Assembly: GCF_001194135.2 (NCBI RefSeq)
Contig: NC_069002.1
Location: 5,554,239 to 5,614,816, forward strand
Length of the DNA stretch: 60,578 bases
Reading direction: 5' to 3'
Source: Octopus bimaculoides
Taxonomy: Eukaryota
How positions within the stretch are numbered: the stretch's first letter is position 1; every line of letters starts with the position of its first letter. Below the pieces are notes generated by a model, which worked only from the letters and a program-made list of their open reading frames with translations, was not told the origin of the DNA and ran no database searches. Shown here in pieces: positions 1 through 11,469 of the stretch. Position numbers and translations under genes: made by a program.

Positions 1-224
1 TATACATATATATATATGTATGTATGTATGTACGTATGTATGTATATATATATATATACATACATACACGCATATATACGAACATACATGCATAATACAT
101 ACACATACAAAAGCATATCTACACACACGCATATACATGTATACATATATATATATGGATATATTTATGTATGTATGTATATATATATATATACATACAT
201 ACATATATATATGCATACATACAG

Positions 225-275
<51 letters not shown>

Positions 276-276
276 T

Positions 277-482
277 GACCGTTGACTGAACACTATTCAA
301 TTTTTTTTCTCCGCATTTTATTTTTTTTTCTCCGTGTTTTTCTCCTTGTCTCCGTATTCTTTCTGTTGAAGAGCGTAGCTCGAAACGTCAAAGACTTTCC
401 GTATTCCCGAGCGTCATACTAATATATACTTTTGTTATTTACACCACCTGTCCTCGTCTGTTGTTATTTTTTGTATAATCTC
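277..482 (+). mobile_element. Non-autonomous Penelope-like terminal (pLTR-like) repeat carrying a variant hammerhead motif
   Basis: Contains TCTTT-CTGTTGAA-GAGCGTAGCTC-GAAACGTC-AAAGA. Its downstream part (GACTTTCCGTATTCCCGAGCGTCATACTAAT...CACCTGTCCTCGTCTGTTG) recurs inverted at 26530-26632 and 24150-24190, and the motif recurs at 48798-48833. Confidence 0.7.
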
Positions 483-787
483 CCATATATATATATATAT
501 ATATACATACATATAAAACATATATGCATACGTACAGACACACATACATTCGTACATACACACACATACATATCTATATCTATATATACTCTGTGAATTA
601 GTACATTCGCAACTAGCCTCTCCGTCATTGATATTTTCATTAACATTATGTGTTAATTAGGATAATTACGATAATTTACATATAACGAGTATCGAATTAA
701 GATTGATAATTGTGTTTACATTCAGAGAACATAGTTTGACATTTGCATAGAATGCCTGCACGCATACAAACACACACACACACACAC

Positions 788-1300
788 AATATCAGGCGAA
801 CAGTACAACAACAACGACACCTTATATCGGCATGAGCGAAGGCAGATTAAAAGACTGTTTCAAAGGAATATCACAGCCTTTAACCAGAAAGAAGAGCTTA
901 TATGGTATATATCTGCAGTACACAATTAGCATTGCTTTGCTACATTTATCGAGAGGACTTCGTGCCCAATGATTGACCAGTTGACATACAAGTGACCCGT
1001 ACGGCTTCTTTCAAGGTTAAGCTCTTCTTTCTGGTTAAAGGCTGTGATATTCCTTTAAAACAGTCTTTTAATCTGCCTTCGTTCATGCCGATATAAGATG
1101 TCGTTGTTGTTGTTGTACTGCTCGCCTGATATTTTTCATTCGTTTCCTTTCACATGTTTCTCATAATTGGCGATATATCGTTTGCAGAGCAGTTACAATT
1201 AGCTTCCTAGTCTTTGTTGAGGATAGTTTCGAAGTTTACTCATTATTATGTAACAGACGTCTTTGTAAAACAATTTGTGGTATTTATGACAAATTACGAA
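788..1300 (-). mobile_element. Penelope-like retroelement relic (GIY-YIG endonuclease region) with terminal fold-back
   Basis: Minus strand reads CNCSANDISPIMRNM*KETNEKYQASSTTTTTSYIGMNEGRLKDCFKG and, after frameshifts, YVNWSIIGHEVLSINVAKQC*LCT. This matches the PLE pattern CNC..CP..G.C...NVIYQA..T....YIG.TEG.FK...W.II.....KRC.LC. Segment 1018-1133 is inverted at 788-900. Confidence 0.8.
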
Positions 1301-1708
1301 CGCTTTATTTATTTATTTTTTTTGAAATTAATTATACTATAATTTTAGCTGATGAACGGGTTAAACCAGATGTCTTGTCTTTTCTTTTGCTTATTATTTT
1401 CTGTTTTCCTTTCTCTTTTTTGCTGTTCGTTATTGACCAATAAACTGACGTTCTTCATTTGCTACAAACATTAATGTAAAACAATCTTGTGGCTTTAATG
1501 AAGGTTGTTTAATGTCCGTGTTCTTAATAACTAACTAAATACTTTAATATATTAGGAGGATGGTTAAAATCTTTATTTACACGATCTCGTTCAGCTTTCT
1601 ATATCTTTTCGATATTTATCGATTTATAGACCTGGGAAGTTAATTATACTTACTTTGATGACGGTTAATATAAAGGTCCTCTTTGAAAAAAAAAATGGTA
1701 AATCTTAC

Positions 1709-1797
1709 CTCATAGTCTCAAAATCCATCCCATAATCCTTATCGCACATCACAGCCATCTTAGTAATGTGCAGCTGAAAAGATGCATCATTACTCAT
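1709..1797 (-). CDS. Candidate first coding exon of an unidentified gene (MSNDASFQLHITKMAVMCDKDYGMDFETM-R/S, ends in phase 2)
   Basis: First in-frame ATG after an upstream stop, ending at a consensus donor AG|GTAAGA. It lies at the end of about 1 kb of unique, non-repetitive sequence (1709-2750). Product not recognised. Confidence 0.45.
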
Positions 1798-2099
1798 ATC
1801 TACCTCCCAGTCACACACTGACTGTGAGCTTGGGATAGCAATTCCTGTTGTTCTTCTCTATCTCGATCCTCGAGTGTTTGTAGATTTATTACAAAGAGCT
1901 TGGAAGGTTTACACCATAAAATTGCATGTTCAGTCGACTTGTAAATCACATTAAGACTTTGCTGTAAGCCTGCTGCATCATCAGAGTGTGATAATTCCCT
2001 ATCATTAAAATAATCCATGGTAATTGATGTCTGTAAAACTGCAGGCATGGCTGATAGAACCACTACAGAGAGCAATTGCTCCAAGACAGTTCACTTCAC

Positions 2100-2750
2100 T
2101 CAAATGGTTATAAAAGTTTTGGTTGAACTAGTTTGGCGCAGCGTAAATGGCGTCACTGATTCGACGCTCACTAATTTGACATCAGACGTTTTAATGTTTC
2201 TCTCCTCTCCATCCTTGTGTTTCTCTGTGTCACTGTACTTATGTGTATGAGAAGAGAAAAAGTGTTTTATGTTGCTCTCTCATTCTTTCTATGTGCGCGT
2301 GTTTGTCTCCGACGCCGAAAACTACTATCCTCAAAATATGACAAAAACGCAGCGAGCCGGACCAAATCGTTAGCTGCCTATCAGCAACACCCAGTCGTCC
2401 CATTCTACATTCAAAGCCAGTCTTCTACCCCCTGAAAAGCCACGCCGTAACTCTCCTAACTAACCAGAGTCGACGCAGTTTTTGAACCGTCATTCCAAAA
2501 GCGACTTTATCAAACGCCTTCGGAAATTCAAGATGTATCACATCCACGTTTGGAAACTTGAGTAGCTGTTTTATATTCCAGTTGTAATGCTACATAAGCT
2601 GCTCCCTTTAGGGGACGAATGCCTTGGTGACTATCGTGTAATTCTGTAAGGCGTGTAATTCTGAGAACGCGGTTAGTTTCCCCGTTGATAAATCGTCGTC
2701 ATAGGATTTTGTTGATATGAGAAGTGATAAAGATAGGCGTGTGATTTTTA
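2100..2750 (-). promoter_or_regulatory. Putative 5'UTR/promoter region of the 1797-1709 exon
   Basis: Unique, microsatellite-free and visibly CpG-rich relative to flanks; directly upstream of the candidate start exon. Confidence 0.3.
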
Positions 2751-2910
2751 ACATTTGCACTGCTTCAGTGTGCACACACACACTTACGTACAGACTGGTC
2801 TCATACTTATTAGAATATTGCTGTTGTATACATTACGCACACACACACAGATTATATATACATGTGTGGGTGTCTGTGTGTGTGTATGTATAATAATAAT
2901 AATAATAATA

Positions 2911-3052
2911 ATCCTTTCTACTGGAAGCACAAGGCCTCAAATTAGGGGGAAGGGATTAAGTCGATTACATCGATCCAGTGTGTAACTGGTACTTATTTTA
3001 TCGACCCCAGAACGTAATGGCAGACGAAATACCGCTAAGCATTTCGCATACT
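2911..3052 (-). mobile_element. SINE group C, internally deleted copy
   Basis: Matches 53813-54053 (TTAAGTCGATTACATCGA...CTGGTACTTATTTTATCGAC | AGAACGTAA.GGCAGACGAAATACCGCTAAGCATTT), with the middle deleted. Confidence 0.85.
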
Positions 3053-3078
3053 CAAAACATTACCATGAACAAATTAGA

Positions 3079-3150
<72 letters not shown>

Positions 3151-3420
3151 NNNNNNNNNNNNNNNNNNNNNNNNNNNNNNNNNNNNNNNNNNNNNNNNNN
3201 NNNNNNNNNNNNNNNNNNNNNNNNNNNNNNNNNNNNNNNNNNNNNNNNNNNNNNNNNNNNNNNNNNNNNNNNNNNNNNNNNNNNNNNNNNNNNNNNNNNN
3301 NNNNNNNNNNNATTATTCACTTCAGAGAAATTTGTGCTTGACAAAGGTCAGGGGGAAAATGAAAGAGGCCACGAACAGATACATAATGTAAGTATACACA
3401 AAAACACAGTAAGTTGTGTG

Positions 3421-3476
<56 letters not shown>

Positions 3477-4607
3477 CACACACACATACATACATATTCT
3501 AATAGTGGAGTTTCGTTTTTAATTTCAATTCTGGTTCAAAAACTTGTTGATTTTCATCAACATGAAACCTTGGGTTCCAGAAAATTAACCACATAGGTAC
3601 ATATATAGATAGACATACAGTGACATAAATAAGCTAAAGACACGCACACAACATACATTTCTAAAATACCTCTTTCATTGAAAGATACATATATCTGATC
3701 GAAAGGGTGGGAAGAAGCAAGGCAAAACGTTCTTTTTAAAATATCTTGAACACCAAAGTGTGTGCATACACACACATATATATGTATATATGTTTGTGTG
3801 TATACATATATGTGTACATATATATTTACTCACATATTTATATACATTTATATATCTTTTTCTTTTGTATTTATTATTTGAATCTCCACCTTTTATTAGA
3901 GCCAACTTAGGTTTCACAATTCATATTCCAAAATGTCCTTGATGATGTGGTTCTTGCCTGCTATATGATATAATTATGATCTCATAATTATAATAATTAT
4001 TTTAATGTTACGTAAGAATTATTGAAACAACCGGAGGAATGAATATTTTAAAATATCACTGATACTGTTTTCTCTTGTTCCTTTAAATACATATACATAC
4101 ATTTTTCTATATGTGTGTGTGTGTGTGTCTGTTTATGTGTGAGTATGTATATTTGTATGTATGTATGTATGTATATGCATTAAATAATATACGAAATAAA
4201 CAAACAAGGAACAAACAAACCATATTTGTTGTCCAAAATATATTGGAATTTAAAATCATGCAGAATAATTTATTAAAGAAGAGGAAAATTCTTTGATTTC
4301 CTGATTTGTTGGGGTTTTTTTTATATTTATATATATATTTTTTTTCCATTTTATTTTATTTTGATTAGCTTCGTCATCAGAGAAAGGACACAGCATCTAT
4401 AAACCCCTTTTCTCAAGGGCATCCTTGTATAGTTGAAAAAAAAAAAAGGAGAAAGTTTTCCTTAGGGAGGAGACATGGCACCCCTGCCTCCTCTGTTCAA
4501 AACACCCAAGGGGCCATGTTGTGGAGATGGTGATGGTGGTAGTGGTGTTGGTGGTGGTTTTGTTGGTGTTAAACTGGGAGAAGGATGAAGTCGTTGTTGT
4601 TGGTGTT

Positions 4608-5000
4608 GCATAACCCTAGCTTAGACCTGATCCAGCTGTTTATATGATCAAAGCCATTCCAACCGTGACCATCCTATCTTATTCTTTCGTGTGTGGTGGT
4701 AGTGGTGGTGGTGTGTTGTAGAGCTCTTTTCATGGTGGTGTTGTGTGGCATCTCTTGTCGCGGTATACAGACGGACACCTGTTGTTATTTGATACCAGGA
4801 TAGGCCAGGTCAGCCAGAACTATAAATCAACAACAGTTCCAACAATGACCATCACATTTTTTAAGAGTATCTAGGACTACATTATCAAATGTGTCTCTTG
4901 CTTTTTTTCTTTTTTTAGACAGTCATGCGTGTGATTTGAGGGAGAATTGACTGCTATTTCTAGCAGGTTTACTGAACACATTGAGACTCCCTCGAGCGGT
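4608..5000 (+). repeat. Dispersed repeat group D, two fragments (4608-4680, 4781-5000)
   Basis: Shared motifs CCAGGTCAGCC..TATGATCAAA..CCATGACCATCC, TATCTAGGACTACATTATC and GCTATTTCTAGCAG also seen at 23595-23955, 27955-28195 and 29625-29910. Confidence 0.7.
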
Positions 5001-5181
5001 GCGGTGCGCTGTAGTGTGATGTATTTGTGACAGTAGTATGTAGTGATCATCTACAGTGTTGTTGCTTTTGTAGTGGTGGTGGTCATGTTGAGACGTACTG
5101 ATCGCAGTTGTATGGAGTAGTGTCATGCCCTGTTCATCTATATCTGCATATATATATGTATGAGTATATATATATGTATGA

Positions 5182-5216
<35 letters not shown>

Positions 5217-5217
<1 letters not shown>

Positions 5218-5374
5218 GACGGGCTTCTTTCAGTTTCTGTCTACCAAATCCACTCACAAGGTTTTGGTCAGCCCAAGGCTATAGTAGAAGACACTTGCCC
5301 AAGGTGCCACACAGTGGGACTGAACATAGAACCATGTGGTCCGGAAGCAAGCTTCTTACCACACAGCCACTCCT
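5217..5374 (-). mobile_element. SINE group A head (tRNA-derived)
   Basis: Reverse complement reads GTGGCTGTGTGGTAAGAAGCTTGCTTCC..ACCACATGGTTC..GTTCAGTCCCACTG.GTGGCACCTTGGGCAAGTGTCTTCTACTATAGC..GAAAGAAGCCCGTC: Pol III A-box/B-box-like head followed by (TA)n. Confidence 0.9.
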
Positions 5375-7113
5375 ATATCATATACAGATATATGGATGTA
5401 GATACATACAGAGCTGCTGTACTAGTGTTTTAGTGCCAGGCCATATTGATGATCCATTGTGGTGGTCATATGTATAGTATTAGTCGTGTGGTGGTAGTGG
5501 TGGTGGCGATGTAATACTGTGGTGCCATTTTTGCTACAAAGACCAAAAAAAAAAATGATAACATTTTATATGTATTTATATATTTTTATATTTATTTATA
5601 TATTTATATTTATATTTATATTTATTTGTATATATATATATATATATATATTTGTATATATATAGATTTTGTTTTACTTTTATTTTTTGTTTCCTTTATA
5701 TTTATTTATTTTTTTTAGATTTCTTTGAGAATTTAAGGAGGCGGTGGTGGTGGTTGTGGTTGTGGTGGTGGTAGCGGGTAGATTGGTATTTGGTGAGAGG
5801 AGGAGTAGGAATATGAACAACAGAGGAACTAGGAGGTCGATGATGAGGAAAAGGAGGAGAAGAACAGTGTGAGGTGGTAGGAGGACGAATCCTAGCAAAA
5901 AAGAAAAAGAAAAGCTATTAGAATTTCTTTTAGATTAAAAAAATTAAAGAAAACAACTAATTTTCTTGTTGCTTTTACATATATANNNNNNNNNNNNNNN
6001 NNNNNNNNNNNNNNNNNNNNNNNNNNNNNNNNNNNNNNNNNNNNNNNNNNNNNNNNNNNNNNNNNNNNNNNNNNNNNNNNNNNNNNNNNNNNNNNNNNNN
6101 NNNNNNNNNNNNNNNNNNNNNNNNNNNNNNNNNNNNNNNNNNNNNNNNNNNNNNNNNNNNNNNNNNNNNNNNNNNNNNNNNNNNNNNNNNNNNNNNNNNN
6201 NNNNNNNNNNNNNNNNNNNNNNNNNNNNNNNNNNNNNNNNNNNNNNNNNNNNNNNNNNNNNNNNNNNNNNNNNNNNNNNNNNNNNNNNNNNNNNNNNNNN
6301 NNNNNNNNNNNNNNNNNNNNNNNNNNNNNNNNNNNNNNNNNNNNNNNNNNNNNNNNNNNNNNNNNNNNNNNNNNNNNNNNNNNNNNNNNNNNNNNNNNNN
6401 NNNNNNNNNNNNNNNNNNNNNNNNNNNNNNNNNNNNNNNNNNNNNNNNNNNNNNNNNNNNNNNNNNNNNNNNNNNNNNNNNNNNNNNNNNNNNNNNNNNN
6501 NNNNNNNNNNNNNNNNNNNNNNNNNNNNNNNNNNNNNNNNNNNNNNNNNNNNNNNNNNNNNNNNNNNNNNNNNNNNNNNNNNNNNNNNNNNNNNNNNNNN
6601 NNNNNNNNNNNNNNNNNNNNNNNNNNNNNNNNNNNNNNNNNNNNNNNNNNNNNNNNNNNNNNNNNNNNNNNNNNNNNNNACCCTCCCCTCATTCTACCTC
6701 ACCTCGTTTGTGACAAAAAAAGAAATGTAATAAATAGACAAGACTGAGAGAGAGACAGATAGACATGCATTTGCACATGCTTGTTGCTGCTCCACCCACT
6801 CCCCCATAGAACACACATCCATATTTAGATTGACTTTCAATGGCCACCTGCACTAAGATGAACATACATTTGCATAAATCTCATACTAAGGTATATGTGT
6901 GTATGAGAGAGTGAGAGTGAGAAAGAGAGAGAGAGAGAGAGAGAGAGGAATAGAGAGATGTTTATTATGTACATCCACACACACAAACACACATACACAC
7001 ACACACATATAATCAGTTGCAAGATAGACACTTGTACGTACAGATATGTGTAGATAAATGCCTGTACATGCATGTGTGTATGTGTGTGCATGTATATTGC
7101 ATGTGCATGTGAG

Positions 7114-7153
<40 letters not shown>

Positions 7154-7300
7154 GGTGGGTGGTTGTCTGAATAATTAATCAATTTATAACCGGGTTTCTG
7201 AAATGAAAATGAGTTGAACGAACAAATGAAAAGTGTTATATATATATATATATAGATAGATATATATGTACATACATACATGCATATGCATATACATATA

Positions 7301-7338
<38 letters not shown>

Positions 7339-7725
7339 ATATATATGTATATATATATGTATGTATGTATGAAAATATATGTATATATATGTGTATATAT
7401 ATATGTGTGTGTGTGTTATGTATGTTTATATATTATATATGTATCATAGTGTGTACATAGACATATACATACATATATATATACACACACTCACAGACAC
7501 ATACATACATATATATATATATATGTGTGTATATATAGTTGTGGAGGCGGGGTAGCTGATGAACGAGATTTAAAGAATTATCAAGAGTCCTGAAAAAGGG
7601 GTGTCATAGGGATTGGCATCGGTAAGGAAAAGAGGTGGCGGAGAAACAGTAAAGGGGGGGAAGGAAAAAAAAAGGGTCAAAAGGGTTATGTACAGATCGC
7701 AGTCAGCAGTCACCATGTTCGATGC

Positions 7726-7840
7726 CTACTTTGCAGCTTCGACAGGAAACTCAAACGTGAACGGAGATTTTCTCGTAGCCGGTGAAGGTGGAAGCGACGG
7801 CTCATTTGACGAAGGTGGCATGTCGAGTGCTTCCGATAGT
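7726..7840 (-). CDS. Candidate coding exon d (probably terminal): LSEALDMPPSSNEPSLPPSPATRKSPFTFEFPVEAAK*
   Basis: Strong acceptor (TTTTTACCATTTCTCTTCCAG|). Phase matches the 8990-8854 exon (CC|A = Pro). Ends at TAG, or at an alternative donor AA|GTAGGC at 7729. Confidence 0.65.
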
Positions 7841-7883
7841 CTGGAAGAGAAATGGTAAAAATGAGAGAGAGACAGAGAGAGAG

Positions 7884-7932
<49 letters not shown>

Positions 7933-8010
7933 CAGGCGGACACACAGACAAGGAGCAAAGGAGGAAAAAAATCACGTGATGAGGATTTAGGTGTTTTGAG
8001 GCAATCAGAA

Positions 8011-8065
8011 TCTTTTATTCGTTTCAGTCATTAGACTGCAGCCATCCTGGACCACCACATTGAGG
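8011..8065 (-). mobile_element. SINE group A 3' tail fragment
   Basis: TTTTATTCGTTTCAGTCATTAGACTGCAGCCATCCTGGACCACC is the reverse complement of the A tail (GGTGCTCCAGCATGGCCGCAGTC.AATGACTGAAAC). Confidence 0.75.
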
Positions 8066-8084
8066 AATTTCATTTCTCAAAATA

Positions 8085-8298
8085 TTGGGTTGTCTGGAAA
8101 GTTTGTGCCAATAAAAGGTCATTAAATACTTAGCATTATATTTTTAATCAATCAAATATGAACCATTTTGTTGCACAATGCATCTCCATCTTTCCTTTAA
8201 CTTGAAAATACCCTCTTCCCAGAATTGAAGTGGTTTCATGGCAAATAATTGGAAAGGTAAGCTACTATCAATCGGCACGAACTTTCCGGACAACCCAA
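8085..8298 (-). mobile_element. Mariner deletion derivative / MITE (214 bp)
   Basis: About 28-bp TIRs TTGGGTTGTC(T/C)GGAAAGTT(T/C)GTGCC(A/G)AT with TA on both flanks. Interior encodes a mariner C-terminus, FAMKPLQFWEEGIFKLKERWRCIVQQNGSYLID*. Confidence 0.9.
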
Positions 8299-8379
8299 TA
8301 ATAACTTAAGAAATATATATTTATAGACGCGTTCAGACTTAAAAGGCAAAAAACAAGGATCGACACACACAAGAATACC

Positions 8380-8482
8380 CATGTCTCAGTGGTTATAGCA
8401 TCGGGCTCTTAATCAAGAGGTAGTGAGTTCAATTCCTGGACGAGGCTGTGTGTTGTGTTCTTGAGCAAGAGACTTTATTTCA
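8380..8482 (+). mobile_element. SINE group B (B2) head
   Basis: CATGTCTCAGTGGTTATAGCATCGGGCTC...GAGTTCAATTCCTGGAC...GTGTTCTTGAGCAAGAGACTTTATTTC; matches 40889-41200. Confidence 0.85.
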
Positions 8483-8589
8483 GTGATGATGATGATGGTG
8501 TGGGTGATTTTGATGATGATGATGATGATGATATCTATATGTGTGTGTCTTTATGTTTCTGCCCTACTACTACTACTACTACTACTTCA

Positions 8590-8830
8590 CAACTGATGTT
8601 GGTGTGTTTACGTCCCCATAACCTAGTAGTTCATCAAAAGAGACCAATACAAGTATCACGCTTCAAAAAAAAAAAAAAAAAAAAAAAAANNNNNNNNNNC
8701 AAAAAAAAAAAAAAAAAAAGAAAACACAAAAGAATACCGGGGCCCAATTCATTTGACTGAAATATCTTCTTCAAGGTGATGCTCCAGTATGACCACGGCC
8801 TAACAACTGAAACAACTAAAAGACAAGAAT
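8590..8830 (+). mobile_element. SINE group A tail (interrupted by poly-A and a small gap)
   Basis: GGTGTGTTTACGTCCCCATAACCTAG..AAAAGAGACCAATA...GGTGATGCTCCAGTATGACCAC...ACTGAAACAA.TAAAAGA. Confidence 0.8.
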
Positions 8831-8853
8831 ATAAAAGGCAAAAGAAAACTTAC

Positions 8854-8990
8854 GGTTGGCAGTTTGAGAAATCCTTGTCCTTCACCTTCACTGCATCGTG
8901 TTGGGCTGCTGGGTCGATCTGTAGTGGTGTGGGCTTGCGCTGACGGTAGCGATTCTCTTGTTCCGTCGTCCCAGACATTGTGTTCAATCC
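8854..8990 (-). CDS. Candidate coding exon c (137 nt): GLNTMSGTTEQENRYRQRKPTPLQIDPAAQHDAVKVKDKDFSNCQ(P)
   Basis: Acceptor ATTTTTATGTGTATATTGCAG| and donor ACC|GTAAGT. Unique GC-balanced sequence between repeats; open frame joins exon d in phase. Confidence 0.7.
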
Positions 8991-9091
8991 CTGCAATATA
9001 CACATAAAAATATTTAGTTATGTACATATGATATATATATATATATACATATATATACATATTTATATATGTAGGCATATTTATATATGTA

Positions 9092-9131
<40 letters not shown>

Positions 9132-9218
9132 CTATATATTATATATATATAATATTACTTAGATTATTGAAGAACTGCCGGTAGACTTTTGATATATNNN
9201 NNNNNNNNNNNNNNNNNN

Positions 9219-9267
<49 letters not shown>

Positions 9268-9485
9268 CAAAGTTCCTAGCTTTGGGTAAAAGAAAATTAC
9301 AGGAGGATCAGTTAATTATGATTTTATTCAACATATTCCCCCTCTCAGATTCACACACTTATTGCAGCAGTCCTTCAGTTTCTCTAAGCCCTGTAAAAGA
9401 ACTCGGAAGGTTGGGTCTCCAACCAGGCCTTTCACGGCACCTATAAAGCCAGCATCTTTCTCACTACCTCCTCGTACATATATAC

Positions 9486-9517
<32 letters not shown>

Positions 9518-9924
9518 ATGATGATGATGGTGTGGTGGTGGTGATGACGATGATGATGATGGTGATGATGATGATGAAGATGATGATGATAGTGCGTTAG
9601 AAATTACAAAGAGGAAATATTTTGCAAAAATGTTTATTTATTTTTTTTTATATCTTTCTTTTACTTCATCAATTAATGGTTTTGGGGATAAAAATAAATA
9701 TCCTGTGTGGTATTTGTTCCACCGAATTTAGATAATAATGTTCCCCCAGTCTCGTCATAAGAAATTCATTAAACTTGGAATTTGCTCATTAAAAGCCTGC
9801 AAGCCAATTATGTTATCATTCACTAATTACAATAGTAAAGCTTTCATAGAGGTGACATTCACTACAAGAATCTGGATCACCTTGGAATGTAAACCGAGAT
9901 AGACACATTAACCCTCCATGTTCT

Positions 9925-10125
9925 ATTTGTTTCAGGTACTGAACTGTGGCCATGCTGGAACACTTCTTTGAAAAATTTATTGAAGCAAATCAAACTTTGT
10001 TTTTTAAGTCTGGTGTTTAATCAATTGTCTACTTAGACTGAATGGTTAAGTTATGGGAATGCAAACAAACCAACATCAGTTGTCAAGCAGTGGTGGGGGA
10101 CAAACATACACACACACATAAAAAC
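9925..10125 (-). mobile_element. SINE group A tail
   Basis: TGTTTCAGGTACTGAACTGTGGCCATGCTGGAACAC...CAAACAAACCAACATCAGTTGTCAAGCAGTGGTGGGGGACAAACA(CA)n. Confidence 0.7.
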
Positions 10126-10132
10126 TAGCACT

Positions 10133-10445
10133 AGGTCAACTATTACGATGAGGGTTGCTGTTGATCCAATCAAGAATCTTCTCTTGATATTAACATGAAA
10201 GCGGCTGAGCACTCCACAGACATGTGTGCCCTTAATGTAGTTCTCACGTAGATTCAGCGGCATGACAAAGAGGGAGGACGAGTTGGCCCTTTGACATACA
10301 GGGACAACTCATTTTTGCCAGCAGAATGGACTGGAGCAACGTGGAAAAAATGTCTTGCTCAAGGACACAACGTGTGTCGCTGGGATTTGAACGCATGACC
10401 CTATGATCGTGAGCTAAACAACCAAACCACTCAGTCACATTGCAT
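10133..10445 (-). mobile_element. SINE group B (B1), near full length
   Basis: Reverse complement has a tRNA-like head (AGTGGTT..GTTCAAATCCC), a CORE-like GTGTCCTTGAGCAAGACA..GTTGCTCCAGTCCA..CTGGCAAAAATGAGT, and a distinct 3' tail (GTGGAGTGCTCAGCC..). Confidence 0.85.
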
Positions 10446-10674
10446 CGCACACATACACACACACACACATGTAAGTATCTCGTTTCATCCCCTCTCATTC
10501 AGAACCCCTACTACCAAATATAATGATTACGTATGGAAATAACTCCAACAGGGGCCAATGTTTTATCAGTAAAATACGCAATGCAAAACCTCCACTTATA
10601 AGTTGGCAATTAATAGAAATTTAGAATAATTGAAAGTGGTTGAAGACTTTTGCACGGAACTGTATGTATGAGAG

Positions 10675-10830
10675 GAGCTTCATTCAGTTTCCGTATACCA
10701 AATTCACTCACAAGACTTTGATTGGTTCAGGGCTATAGTAGAAGACACTCGCCCAAGGTGCTGCACTGTGGAACTGAACCCAAGACCACATGGTTGGGAG
10801 GGATGCTTTTTTAACCACACAGCCACTTGT
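10675..10830 (-). mobile_element. SINE group A head
   Basis: TTCAGTTTCCGTATACCAAATTCACTCACAAG...CTATAGTAGAAGACACTCGCCCAAGGTG...GGAACTGAACCC..ACCACATGGTTGGGA...ACCACACAGCCAC. Confidence 0.85.
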
Positions 10831-11175
10831 GCACTTTATCTGTACATCATTAAAGCTAATTATAGTCTAATGAATCAATAGAAAATATTGTGAAAATATA
10901 AAAAAAAAATTGAAGTAAAATCCTTGGAATTTGATCCCCAAAAGAAGGGATATAAGTATCCATGTAATTAGAAAAGATTAATTAGTTAATTAATGATGAT
11001 TGATGGAGAGATACACTGAGAGAGAATAGATATCTAAGAATGGAAACTATGTGAGAATGTGTATGTGTGTGTGTATGTTTGTGCATGTGTATGTGTGTAC
11101 GTTTATGTGTTTGTATGTGTGTCTGTACATGTTTGTGCATGTACATTTGTATGTGTGTGTGTCTGTCTGTTTGTG

Positions 11176-11217
<42 letters not shown>

Positions 11218-11421
11218 GGTGTGTATGACAATTAGCAGAGAAACTGAATGGATAACTGTGTCAGAGTATTTGAGAAGTTGCGTAAATGTTTACCGAGTTC
11301 AAATCCAATGAGAGGCAATCATTAAAAGAGACATTAAGTGATGGCAACAATAGGAAGTGATTTAATGGAGCATAATGTGTGTGTGTATATGTGTGTGTAT
11401 ACACATACACATCTATGTATT

Positions 11422-11469
<48 letters not shown>

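Noticed and set aside
1800-2084. 94-aa minus-strand ORF containing SDDAAGLQQSLNV (RT-like look)
   Set aside because: No other RT motifs nearby. It stops before the strong donor at 1708, which is served by a different frame; treated as an upstream ORF.
7760-7800. LRP5/6 (arrow) orthology suggested by PPSPATRKSPFTFEF versus LRP6 PPSPATERSHYTMEF
   Set aside because: Only one such motif, and the upstream sequence lacks the LRP5/6 tail features (YDR..VTGASSSSS); kept as motif resemblance only, no gene symbol.
7613-7858. Plus-strand ORF ...MFDAYFAASTGNSNVNGDF...EEKW
   Set aside because: It is the antisense shadow of exon d. The minus strand has a far better acceptor and an in-phase partner exon.
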